Notes: generated by a model from the letters alone, not told the origin. Counted from the first letter of the stretch, positions 16,454-24,423 are shown. The stretch is 25,266 nucleotides of DNA from a virus (IMGVR_UViG_3300030207_003650:1-25266); one strand, 5' to 3'. Numbers and translations: made by a program.

Positions 16454-17695
16454 TCATTTTACGACTCTTAAATGAGTTGGCTGCTTGTTAAGCAGTTCCT
16501 TTATCTGCTCGTTTTCCCATTCAACCGCAACGTCCTTTTTGGGTTTAAGCATCGTATTTGATGGCACGACATCAACAGAGTGATTGTAATACTCAGCCAT
16601 TGCCGGTGTTTTATGTCCCGAAAATTGTTGCCTCGATACGCCAGTGGCTTTCTCATCAAATTCAGTAATACTAGTATGCTTTAATTTGTGATAACTCAAA
16701 CCCTTTGGCCAAGGTTGGTCACTAACGCTAGGCCAAAGCTCTTTTGCCCGTCTAAACATTGAGGCAACGCCAGAGCCTTCATATCTCTCGCCATTTTCTT
16801 TGCAAAGTAAGGCTTTGGGTGCAGGTCTGCCTTTAAGCTCACACTCGGCTGCAATGCGAGTATGGCGTATTAGTGCTCTTTTTAACCATCTCTCAATATC
16901 AGGGTTAACACGTTTAACTTGCTCTTTTTGGGTCTTACTTTGTTTGATGTAAATACCGTTAGGCTTCACATCATCCACATCAAGCTGGATCATGTCCTTA
17001 CGCCTTGCAGCGAGTAAAAAAGATCCCACGACAAATAGATAGCCGATCTCTTTCAACAAAATCAGAAATTTATCCCAAGTCTCAAAATCAAAAATAGGTT
17101 TTTCTGTCTCTGGGACAATTACTTTTAACTTATCCGTTGGAACTTGGTCACAAAGCTCCCGGCGCGCTCCAAAAAACATCACTCTGCTGAACAGACCTTT
17201 TTCCTTTTTAGCCGATGAGGGTGACCCTTCCTCTTTCCAATTTGGATATCTTGATGGATCGACTGTCCGGTCTTTAATATCTGCAACACGGTTATCCACA
17301 TAATCTGTAATATCTTTCAGCTTCAATTCCGTAATGGGTTTGTTACCAAAAAATGCCGCAAGATTCTGTGCTTGTCTTTCATCTTCTTCCTTTGTGTCAT
17401 TCTCACGGGGCTTACCTTTATCGGTTAGCCGAAAAGAAGGATTAAGACGCTTGTATTGCTCCCACAGGTCGGAGAAGGTCAAACCTACTTCTGTTTGTGT
17501 TTCTTCTGTGGCTTTGTTAAAAGCCGCTGTAAGATCCGCTATGCTAACATCAGTCTTGCATAGTCTTTTCTCTCTAAACGTGCTCAGAGAACCGCTGTCG
17601 AGTTTTACGCGGTAATGTAACGCATAATACTCGCCACGCTTCTTGACCCTGGCACGGTCTGTCCTGAGACTTTTGTAAAAGTCAGTGTCTTTCAT
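16454..17695 (-). CDS. int: Tyrosine integrase
   Basis: 413 aa with catalytic R (LAARRKD), K (QSKT), HxxK (YHKLKH), GH (FSGHKT) and Y (AEYY); next to the tRNA and att site. Confidence 0.92.
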   Translation of the reverse strand: MKDTDFYKSLRTDRARVKKRGEYYALHYRVKLDSGSLSTFREKRLCKTDVSIADLTAAFNKATEETQTEVGLTFSDLWEQYKRLNPSFRLTDKGKPRENDTKEEDERQAQNLAAFFGNKPITELKLKDITDYVDNRVADIKDRTVDPSRYPNWKEEGSPSSAKKEKGLFSRVMFFGARRELCDQVPTDKLKVIVPETEKPIFDFETWDKFLILLKEIGYLFVVGSFLLAARRKDMIQLDVDDVKPNGIYIKQSKTQKEQVKRVNPDIERWLKRALIRHTRIAAECELKGRPAPKALLCKENGERYEGSGVASMFRRAKELWPSVSDQPWPKGLSYHKLKHTSITEFDEKATGVSRQQFSGHKTPAMAEYYNHSVDVVPSNTMLKPKKDVAVEWENEQIKELLNKQPTHLRVVK

Positions 17696-17709
17696 AGATA
17701 GCTACCCCA

Positions 17710-17883
17710 CTATTTAGATTTATTTACTGCATCCCACGAAACAATGACTCTAGCTTTCTTATCCTCACCATCTCTGGATAAGTAATGGGTGATATTCCAA
17801 GTGCGTAACCATTCCATTTGCTTGTGCATATGGGTATATCCGGTTAGCTCTTTCACCTCGTCTTTAGTCAAAAATCCGTGCAT
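17710..17883 (-). CDS. Excisionase-like winged-helix protein (DUF4224-like), 57 aa, not in ORF track
   Basis: MHGFLTKDEVKELTGYTHMHKQMEWLRTWNITHYLSRDGEDKKARVIVSWDAVNKSK*. It has the FLT.DE..ELTG...Q..WL pattern and lies directly upstream of int. Confidence 0.85.
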   Translation of the reverse strand: MHGFLTKDEVKELTGYTHMHKQMEWLRTWNITHYLSRDGEDKKARVIVSWDAVNKSK

Positions 17884-17933
17884 CTATATACTACCGCTAT
17901 CTATTATCATTGGCAAATACTAAAGGTATCTAT
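17884..17933 (-). promoter_or_regulatory. xis-int promoter (TTGCCA-N17-TAGTAT) with two operator copies
   Basis: -35 at 17916-17911, -10 at 17893-17888. Operators CTATATAC-N5-CTATCTAT (17884-17904) and GCAAATAC-N5-GTATCTAT (17913-17933). Confidence 0.55.
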
Positions 17934-17940
17934 TTAGGGG

Positions 17941-18243
17941 TTAAAAAGGTATATCATCGTCATCAAAACCGTCGGTTTTCGCGGGTTTTGCGGGCTTTTC
18001 AGTTTCTACGATAGGGGCTGTGATTTCTTTGCCGTCCTTATCCTTTTTGGGTTTACCGAGCTTTATGCTCAAAAAAGGCCCGTTCGAGCCATTTCTGATT
18101 TTACCGTTTACCCAATGTAGAACTAACAAATTTCGCTTCTCATCCTTCTCCCAACGTGAGCCGGAATAATCGTTACCGTAGTCATCTGGTTCTTTATTCT
18201 TGTTTAAGGTCTCTTCACCGTGTTTCGGGTCGTAATCACTCAT
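17941..18243 (-). CDS. Single-stranded DNA-binding-like protein
   Basis: Acidic C-terminal tip DGFDDDDIPF; lies in the recombination module. Confidence 0.7.
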   Translation of the reverse strand: MSDYDPKHGEETLNKNKEPDDYGNDYSGSRWEKDEKRNLLVLHWVNGKIRNGSNGPFLSIKLGKPKKDKDGKEITAPIVETEKPAKPAKTDGFDDDDIPF

Positions 18244-18994
18244 TTCTTAACTTTCTCCTGTTTTTCACTTGGTCATCACTTTCTTCTAATAGCAATTCAG
18301 CTCCCGCTAGAATTATGTCTATGTCTTCCTGATTACGTTGGATAGGTATAATCATGAGCTGCTCATCCTCATGTAGCCTGGGATCAAAAGTCACGAAGTC
18401 GCACCGATCGGTTTCCGTACAGTTCATTTGCAATTGCATTTGGTTGTAATAGCCTGACTTGCCTGCTGTCCCCAACGTCTTTACCTTTTCTAAAAAGGCT
18501 GGGTCATCTACAGGTATTCCCGCAGCTTTCATGTTTATAAATTCTTTATGATAGCCAGCGGAGTAGGGGCATTTAATTTCGATGATGGCATCACCGCTAA
18601 AGAGGACGCCGTCAGGTGACGCACAGATGCGCTCGTTTGTAGGATCCAGGTAGATGCCTACTTCATCCACTAAATTCCCTGATTCAATCTCATAAGCTTG
18701 GAAGGCTTTGGGCTCGTTATCAATGCCCCACTGGATTGAATCTGGTTTTCTTTTCTGCTCTTCTTTTAATATTTCAGCCAGACATTTATCAGGATCCAGG
18801 ATTTGGTCCACAATCTTGTTCTTAGAGTCTTCTCGCTTGCTAGAGTAAGCACCACGAGATCCTGGCACAACAACACCCGCGCCACTCGCTGAGAATCGAC
18901 CGAGCTTTGCCTTAAACCACTCTGGGGTGCGTTGCTTAATTTTTATTAACGGTGCTTCTAGCTCTTTTATCTTTTTTGTTTTTTTACGCGGCAT
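18236..18994 (-). CDS. YqaJ / lambda-exonuclease family protein
   Basis: QRTPEWF..KLG.FSAS, WG..NEP.A, ASPDG, EIKCP, YYNQMQLQM motifs. Confidence 0.92.
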   Translation of the reverse strand: MPRKKTKKIKELEAPLIKIKQRTPEWFKAKLGRFSASGAGVVVPGSRGAYSSKREDSKNKIVDQILDPDKCLAEILKEEQKRKPDSIQWGIDNEPKAFQAYEIESGNLVDEVGIYLDPTNERICASPDGVLFSGDAIIEIKCPYSAGYHKEFINMKAAGIPVDDPAFLEKVKTLGTAGKSGYYNQMQLQMNCTETDRCDFVTFDPRLHEDEQLMIIPIQRNQEDIDIILAGAELLLEESDDQVKNRRKLRNE

Positions 18995-19619
18995 CCTTTA
19001 AATCTTCCTTGAGTTTATCTTTAGCTATCCCTATTACTTGCTTCATGAAATTTCCTAACTTTTTTCTGTTCTCAGATTCCTTCTTCCAAATTGCTGCAAG
19101 TTCATCTCTTGTCGCAGCGGAATTCAACTCGGCAGTCAGCTCTGCCAAAATTTGCACTTCTTCAGCTTTAATGCCCGATAGGATTTTATCTGGAGAAACT
19201 TCTTCAGGCTGCACAACGCCATCGTTATCGTCAGCATCTTCCTCGATTGTGAGATTAAATGCGCCACACAGGTTGTATCTACGTCCGTAAGTGTGAGCTG
19301 CCCCGAGTTCTTGATTGTTGCTTGGATTGCTCAAAGTGATTGGCCAAGTATAACTTTTGCTTTCATTGCTCGGTATATGTATCAGAGTAGTGACAATATC
19401 TCGATCTGCTTCTTTACCTTTACCTTCAACACGCTTTATGTGCGTATCGATTTTTATTTCATTCTTTAACAGAGATGCTTGGATTGAGTTAACCACAGCA
19501 TATAAGTTTGCATAAGGTATTGGTTTGCCGCCCCGGAGTTGCTCTGCGTTGGGTTCTAATGCTTCAAAACTTTCTATCGCTGCAAACATTGCTGCGTTGA
19601 GTTTTTCTGATTCCTTCAT
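18984..19619 (-). CDS. erf: ERF-family single-strand annealing protein
   Basis: QELGAAHTYGRRYNL..AFNL...EDADDNDG matches the ERF motif; AAGGAG SD. Confidence 0.88.
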   Translation of the reverse strand: MKESEKLNAAMFAAIESFEALEPNAEQLRGGKPIPYANLYAVVNSIQASLLKNEIKIDTHIKRVEGKGKEADRDIVTTLIHIPSNESKSYTWPITLSNPSNNQELGAAHTYGRRYNLCGAFNLTIEEDADDNDGVVQPEEVSPDKILSGIKAEEVQILAELTAELNSAATRDELAAIWKKESENRKKLGNFMKQVIGIAKDKLKEDLKDAA

Positions 19620-19734
19620 ACTTTCTCCTTTTATGATTAGTCTCAGCTTTTGGACCTCTAGCTGAGTCAGAGTTGGATGCGCTGACTAGACCGCATTTTC
19701 CCAATCCTTGTCCGTGAGATATCTAAAACCATCA

Positions 19735-19755
19735 GTGGATATAATGTGTATCTAC
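19735..19755. promoter_or_regulatory. Operator copy GTGGATAT-N5-GTATCTAC at the leftward early (PL-like) promoter
   Basis: 14/16 match to the perfect palindrome; lies between cI and erf. Confidence 0.75.
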
Positions 19756-19770
19756 TGTGGGCAAATTTTT

Positions 19771-20409
19771 TTACTTGTGAATCTGGGTTCCTATGACTAC
19801 GCCAACTGTACTCATTCTCTTTGGCATCTTAAAAACTCTTTTCGGATAATCCTTGTTAACGAATTCACAAAAACCATCTCCCTTGTATCTTGCGTACTTC
19901 AATGTCTTGTCTGATAAAGCCATCATATCACCAACTTTCGGTTCTTTCTCGAAATCTACGATCGCTGTGCAGCCGTGTGGAAGCTCGGGATCGTTGGCCT
20001 CACCATTAACAGGTAAAGCATAGGTATGAATGCTATGCTTACCAGGCCAGTAGATTTGATTATCTACCACAACTCTATTTTTTATAATCTCTAATAATTC
20101 TTTCATCTCTGTACCAACGAGGTAACCTACGTCACCTACTATCCCGTTCACAGTACCCGTGACCATATTCACGAGGTTCGATGCCTCTCTTGCGAGGCGG
20201 GGTGAAAAGTCCTCTAACTCACACCCTATGTGTCTGCAAAATTGCAGCCCACGTTCCAAGTTAATCGGGTTGCGTCCATTGAGCATATGCGAGATTTGAG
20301 ATTTATCCGTTCCCATTGACTTAGCCATTTTCGGATGGCTAAGACCTCGCGCTGCCTCAACTGCTTGGTACAGCTTTTTTAACTTGCTTGCTTCAAGTTC
20401 TTTAGTCAT
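19771..20409 (-). CDS. cI: Lambda CI-like repressor (HTH plus degenerate S24 domain)
   Basis: LKKLY...GLSH...AKSMG...ISHMLNGRNPIN...EDFSPRLARE aligns by eye to the lambda CI N-domain. The C-domain reads YALPVNGEANDP...AIVD...PKVGD. Confidence 0.85.
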   Translation of the reverse strand: MTKELEASKLKKLYQAVEAARGLSHPKMAKSMGTDKSQISHMLNGRNPINLERGLQFCRHIGCELEDFSPRLAREASNLVNMVTGTVNGIVGDVGYLVGTEMKELLEIIKNRVVVDNQIYWPGKHSIHTYALPVNGEANDPELPHGCTAIVDFEKEPKVGDMMALSDKTLKYARYKGDGFCEFVNKDYPKRVFKMPKRMSTVGVVIGTQIHK

Positions 20410-20413
20410 AATC

Positions 20414-20457
20414 CCAAATACTATCAGTATCTAAATAAAAATACTATTCGTATCGGG
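20414..20457. promoter_or_regulatory. Two tandem operator copies upstream of cI
   Basis: CCAAATAC-TATCA-GTATCTAA (20414-20434) and AAAAATAC-TATTC-GTATCGGG (20437-20457), 23-bp period. Confidence 0.65.
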
Positions 20458-20587
20458 GTCAATTAGATTATCAAATTTTATTCATCAATCAACTCATGCG
20501 ACGAACTAAATCTAATAAAAATTTAAAGTAAGTTATAAAAAGTAGAGTTTTCTGCTCATAGGATGAAGATTAGAGGGGAGAGGCTTC

Positions 20588-20995
20588 ATGAATGTTAAAA
20601 AAAATTTTAGGAAAAATTTGCGTAAATTAATGTCGGAGCGTGGCTTTAAATCAAACGCTGAATTTGGAGAGAAGGTGGGCATGAGTCCAAGCAAGATACA
20701 ACGATTATCTAACTGCGCTAATGATGACCAAACGATTGACCTTGGAGATGCAGCGAAAATATCGGTGGCCTTGAACACTACACTCGGCCATATGACCGGA
20801 GCCGTTGCGACAGAGCAACTAATAGAAAGAACTAAGACGATGCATACAGGTATCGTAGGTGCGCTAGGTTATCTAGAAAAAGATTTGATTTTGCGAGAGC
20901 GCAGAATAAAAGAATTAAAACATGATCAAAAATTTATTGAGGAAATGTTGGCGGCTTTCTTTCCTCTAGATGCAATTGAAAAAAAATCTGAATAA
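20588..20995 (+). CDS. XRE-family HTH regulator with C-terminal coiled coil
   Basis: FRKNLRKLM.ERG..SNAEFGEKVGMSPSKIQRL...ISVALNTTLGHM; GGAGAGG SD. Confidence 0.85.
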   Translation: MNVKKNFRKNLRKLMSERGFKSNAEFGEKVGMSPSKIQRLSNCANDDQTIDLGDAAKISVALNTTLGHMTGAVATEQLIERTKTMHTGIVGALGYLEKDLILRERRIKELKHDQKFIEEMLAAFFPLDAIEKKSE

Positions 20996-21013
20996 AAACT
21001 TTTTTTTTGCTCC

Positions 21014-21034
21014 GTAGATATGTAATATATCTTA
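21014..21034. promoter_or_regulatory. Operator copy GTAGATAT-N5-ATATCTTA in the PR-like region before the cro-like gene
   Basis: Degenerate palindrome downstream of a T-tract/TTGC, the same layout as the 19735 site on the other strand. Confidence 0.6.
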
Positions 21035-21061
21035 AAGATATTAAACATATGGAGCGTGTAA

Positions 21062-21427
21062 ATGTATCCCCAACGATTCAAACGACCAATTCCCCTCAAA
21101 GATTGGATGGCCTCTAAAGGTTATACCATTGCAAAAACAGCGAAGTGTTTTGCAGATGGCAATAACCAATTCATCCCTGCCGCTATTCAAAAAATGCTTG
21201 CGAACGAAAAAAGAGATGTGGGCGTACAAAACGAAAAGTTGGTCGAAACGAAAAGAAAAAAAGTTGTTGGCGCTTTTGTAAACGGTCAGTATTTTGACAC
21301 TGAAGAAATCATCTACATCGAAGAATTAAAGCCGGGGAAAAAACTAGGGCCAAACCCAACCGCAGACAATGCCAGCAAAGGCGTTCATACCAATGGACTC
21401 TACGACAACAGAAGACGGGTAAATTAA
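21062..21427 (+). CDS. Cro-like protein with C-terminal extension
   Basis: IPLKDW...G...AKTAK...AAIQKML...RDV resembles lambda Cro (ITLKDY..FGQTKTAKD..SAINKAI..GRKI); GGAG SD; first gene of the replication operon. Confidence 0.6.
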   Translation: MYPQRFKRPIPLKDWMASKGYTIAKTAKCFADGNNQFIPAAIQKMLANEKRDVGVQNEKLVETKRKKVVGAFVNGQYFDTEEIIYIEELKPGKKLGPNPTADNASKGVHTNGLYDNRRRVN

Positions 21428-21432
21428 TTACG

Positions 21433-21846
21433 ATGCTAAAAGCTAGGGAGTTGGCACAGTTATTCGATCATGCGAGGGAGTTAGGGGAAGGGCGTTGGGT
21501 GGCTCGATGCCCGGTCCACGATCGGGGACAGAACCTATACGTCACTGATGGGGATTCAGGGAAGACACTTATGTTTTGTCAAAGCGGGTGCAATAACGTG
21601 GAGATATTAAAAAAAGTTGGACTTACCTGGCGAGATCTTTTTTCTGGCGATGCGCCAAAAAAACCTTACGACACTTTTGAGGATCATAACACTTTACTTT
21701 TCTATCGCCAGGGCCTCGCCAACGGCGAAAAAAACATGAGCCCAGCTTTTGTCAGACAAGCTGGTATCGCACAAGAGAGATTAAGAAAACACGGTTTCAT
21801 ACTCAAGAAATCAGGAGAACTGCAACGTGTCACTAGAGCTAATTAA
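21433..21846 (+). CDS. Stand-alone primase-type zinc-binding domain protein
   Basis: ARCPVHD...L...MFCQSGC....IL...GL...DLF (CxxH...CxxxC). Confidence 0.75.
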   Translation: MLKARELAQLFDHARELGEGRWVARCPVHDRGQNLYVTDGDSGKTLMFCQSGCNNVEILKKVGLTWRDLFSGDAPKKPYDTFEDHNTLLFYRQGLANGEKNMSPAFVRQAGIAQERLRKHGFILKKSGELQRVTRAN

Positions 21847-22600
21847 AATGCCTCACAGCGTTCTAAGCCTAAGTGACAGTCACGCTATCGCTTTCATGAT
21901 TCTTCTATACAGCAAACCCGAGGGCTTTGCTATCAGAGGACAGGAAGTGATGGATGCCTTTAAAATCGGGAAGTCGGTCTTTTACCGGGCCAGAAAAATA
22001 CTACTCGAAAACAACCTCATCACTGAGACTAAAAAGTTTAACCGTTTAGGGCATTTTGACGGTGTGTACTATCAACTTGTTGTTCCACATGAAACCGTGG
22101 TGCAAAAAATAGAACACGGTGACCAACCGCATGCCGAAAATCAAAACACGGTAGACTTGGCACGGTCTGTGCAAAAGCATAATTCTAGCTTAAAGAATAA
22201 TTCTAGCTGTAAGAATAATGCTAACAAGATTAATGCTAGCTGTAAGATTACTTCTAGCAGCTTGCTTAATTCTAACAAGCATTATTCTAACAGTCGGAAA
22301 TTTACCAAACAAAACTCCTACCCAGATGATTTTGAAAAGCTGTGGAAATCTTTTACCCCAACGTTGGGGGCATTAGGTTCTAAGTCTGCGGCCTTTCGAG
22401 AATTTAAAAAATTGCATATGGGTCCAGGTGATGTGGATTGGTTGGTCGGTAGGATTCGTGCAGAGATTAAACGCAAAAAACAAGCAAAGGCTGATAACGA
22501 GTTCGTTCCGTCGTTCGCTCATGTTTGCCGGGTATTAAAAAATGAAGATTGGGAAAGCTGGCCTGATTCCCCAACGTCAGTGGAGGAAATAATTCTGTGA
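21827..22600 (+). CDS. Replication initiator (lambda O-like architecture)
   Basis: N-terminal HTH-like region, a central low-complexity linker carrying DNA repeats, and a C-terminal FEKLWK..P...K..A...F.KL domain; followed by the helicase. Confidence 0.7.
   Translation: MSLELIKMPHSVLSLSDSHAIAFMILLYSKPEGFAIRGQEVMDAFKIGKSVFYRARKILLENNLITETKKFNRLGHFDGVYYQLVVPHETVVQKIEHGDQPHAENQNTVDLARSVQKHNSSLKNNSSCKNNANKINASCKITSSSLLNSNKHYSNSRKFTKQNSYPDDFEKLWKSFTPTLGALGSKSAAFREFKKLHMGPGDVDWLVGRIRAEIKRKKQAKADNEFVPSFAHVCRVLKNEDWESWPDSPTSVEEIIL
22094..22292. repeat. Putative replication origin: two 27-bp ACCG...CACGGT units and seven TAATTCTARCW-like iterons
   Basis: Units at 22094-22120 and 22126-22152. The 11-mers start at 22180, 22198, 22216, 22231, 22249, 22267 and 22282. 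Confidence 0.7.
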
Positions 22601-23544
22601 TTGTAGATAGGATATCGGTAAGTAATTTTGACAAGGAAACGTTGGAGCAAGTTCTAGCGGAAAAATCACAGCACAAGGTTAACTGGATCGATAGGTATGA
22701 GGACCAGATAACCGAGGAAGATCCCACCCAAGAAGGCATTAAACTGCCTTGGACCAAGACCCACGAAAAAATGATTTTACAGTACGGTGCGGTCTCAGTT
22801 TGGGCAGGGATCGATGGACACCGAAAGTCGAGTTTACTGGCACAAATCGCTGCCTACTCAGCGCGCGATGTGGTCACCGGGATAGCTAGCTTTGAGATGC
22901 CAATTAAGCACCAGATCAAGATGCTGACTCAGCTCGTGTCTGGGGCAATAGACCCGCCGATCGAGTACCAAAAACAATTCGCGAATTGGGGTAATGGGAA
23001 ACTTTTACTTTATGATCATCACGGCGATGTGCCGAGCATTGAGGCTTATGCGCTAGTGGTCAAGATGGCCAGAGATTACGGGGCAAAGCTCATCGTCATT
23101 GACTGCCTGCAAATGATCAAAGGGGTAGGGGGCGAGGCAGCGATCGAACGGGACATCATGAAAATGTTTGTGCAGCTTGCGAAGGCTTTCGATGTTCACA
23201 TCGCTATTGTTCATCACACACGCAAGCCAGCGCAGGGATCTGACGACTATGTACCGACTAGGTTTGATTTGCTTGGTAGCTCAAGCTACTCACAGCTAGC
23301 CTCGATCCTGTGCATAGTCTGGGCAGATAAGAAAAAAGACAAGCTCCGAGATTTACTTGCAGCCGGAGGTGAACTCACTGATGAGCAAGTTGACTATATG
23401 CGCCGCCCGGACACAAAAATAATCTGTAGTAAAAATCGACATCTCCCCTGGGAAGGTACGATTGGTCTTTGGTTGGAGAACAGGCAGTTTATCGGTCAAG
23501 ACAACTCCCAACGTCTATGGTTCACCGAGGAGCTCTCCTCATGA
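22597..23544 (+). CDS. SF4 (DnaB/T7 gp4-like) helicase domain
   Basis: Walker A-like WAGIDGHRKS, SFEM, Walker B IVIDCL, IVHHTRK, GSS and KNR motifs. Confidence 0.85.
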   Translation: MIVDRISVSNFDKETLEQVLAEKSQHKVNWIDRYEDQITEEDPTQEGIKLPWTKTHEKMILQYGAVSVWAGIDGHRKSSLLAQIAAYSARDVVTGIASFEMPIKHQIKMLTQLVSGAIDPPIEYQKQFANWGNGKLLLYDHHGDVPSIEAYALVVKMARDYGAKLIVIDCLQMIKGVGGEAAIERDIMKMFVQLAKAFDVHIAIVHHTRKPAQGSDDYVPTRFDLLGSSSYSQLASILCIVWADKKKDKLRDLLAAGGELTDEQVDYMRRPDTKIICSKNRHLPWEGTIGLWLENRQFIGQDNSQRLWFTEELSS

Positions 23545-23966
23545 TTTATGAGAAGGAACAAGACAGAGAAAACGAGCGAATTCTAGCGAAGGCCCTAGAA
23601 GAAAAGTACGGGGGTCAGCTTTATCAAACCAACTCGCTGCACAGAATTGATTATCTTTGGTTTAACGAGAAAGGACCAAAATGGCTCGAAATAAAAAAAC
23701 GCGAAATACCCTCAACTAAATTCGACACAATTTTTATTCCACTCCATAAATTGCAGTACGCCAACGAATTAAAACAAGCGACAAATTACGACACCTATTT
23801 GGTCGTATGGTGGACTGATATGGTCGGCGTTACGCAACTGTCTGATTTGAGATGTGAAGACGACTTCACACTAGATTACAAAGCGCGCAACGGTCGAACT
23901 CCAGAGCCAGTGATACATCTGGCACGCGACAAATTTAAAACCATTGAGGTGCAGTTAAATGGTTGA
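23541..23966 (+). CDS. PD-(D/E)xK nuclease-like protein, 141 aa
   Basis: Start reassigned to ATG 23541 (GAGGAG SD, ATGA overlap); IDY...WLEIKKR motif. Confidence 0.7.
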   Translation: MIYEKEQDRENERILAKALEEKYGGQLYQTNSLHRIDYLWFNEKGPKWLEIKKREIPSTKFDTIFIPLHKLQYANELKQATNYDTYLVVWWTDMVGVTQLSDLRCEDDFTLDYKARNGRTPEPVIHLARDKFKTIEVQLNG

Positions 23967-24423
23967 TGGCCTACAAATAAACGTGAGCTCAACGGATGAC
24001 TTCCCGCGTGTCAAAAATTCGATGGTGGAGTATTTAAAGAAGTACGGGAAGATTGTTGTGAACATTGTTGATGCCAGGCGTCGAAGTGACCTGCAGAATC
24101 GATTACAACACGCAATGTACAGGGAGATCGGCAAGCAGCTTTACGGAAACGATGACCATTTTGCCAAGTGCGAATGCAAATTAACAATCGGCGTGAAACT
24201 GTTAAGAGACAGCAGCGAAGATTTTAAAAAAGTTTATGACAAAAATTTAAAACATTTGGACTACGAAACGAAGCTAGAAATTATCAGTGTGATACCAGTT
24301 TCTAGCCTTTTAAGTATGGGAGCAGCACATCAGTACATCGAAAAGATTTACGATGACTATGCTCAGAAAGGGGTGAACTGGTCCGATTTCGTTAACCAAA
24401 GCCGTAATGCGCTGAATGCTTAA
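23959..24423 (+). CDS. ninB: NinB/Orf-like recombination protein
   Basis: RRSDLQNRLQHAMYREIGKQ motif and C-terminal VSSLLS..helix..GV.W; GAGGT SD. Confidence 0.65.
   Translation: MVDGLQINVSSTDDFPRVKNSMVEYLKKYGKIVVNIVDARRRSDLQNRLQHAMYREIGKQLYGNDDHFAKCECKLTIGVKLLRDSSEDFKKVYDKNLKHLDYETKLEIISVIPVSSLLSMGAAHQYIEKIYDDYAQKGVNWSDFVNQSRNALNA

Noticed and set aside
20462-20525. AT-rich inverted repeats (ATTAGATT/AATCTAAT) before the XRE gene
   Set aside because: Short, widely spaced and expected by chance in very AT-rich DNA; could be an operator but cannot be supported.
22180-22292. Possible mini-CRISPR array
   Set aside because: Repeats are 11 bp with 4-7 bp gaps, lie in frame within a gene, and no cas genes are present.
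23469-23540. Track start for the 165-aa ORF
   Set aside because: ATG 23541 has a GAGGAG SD and an ATGA overlap.
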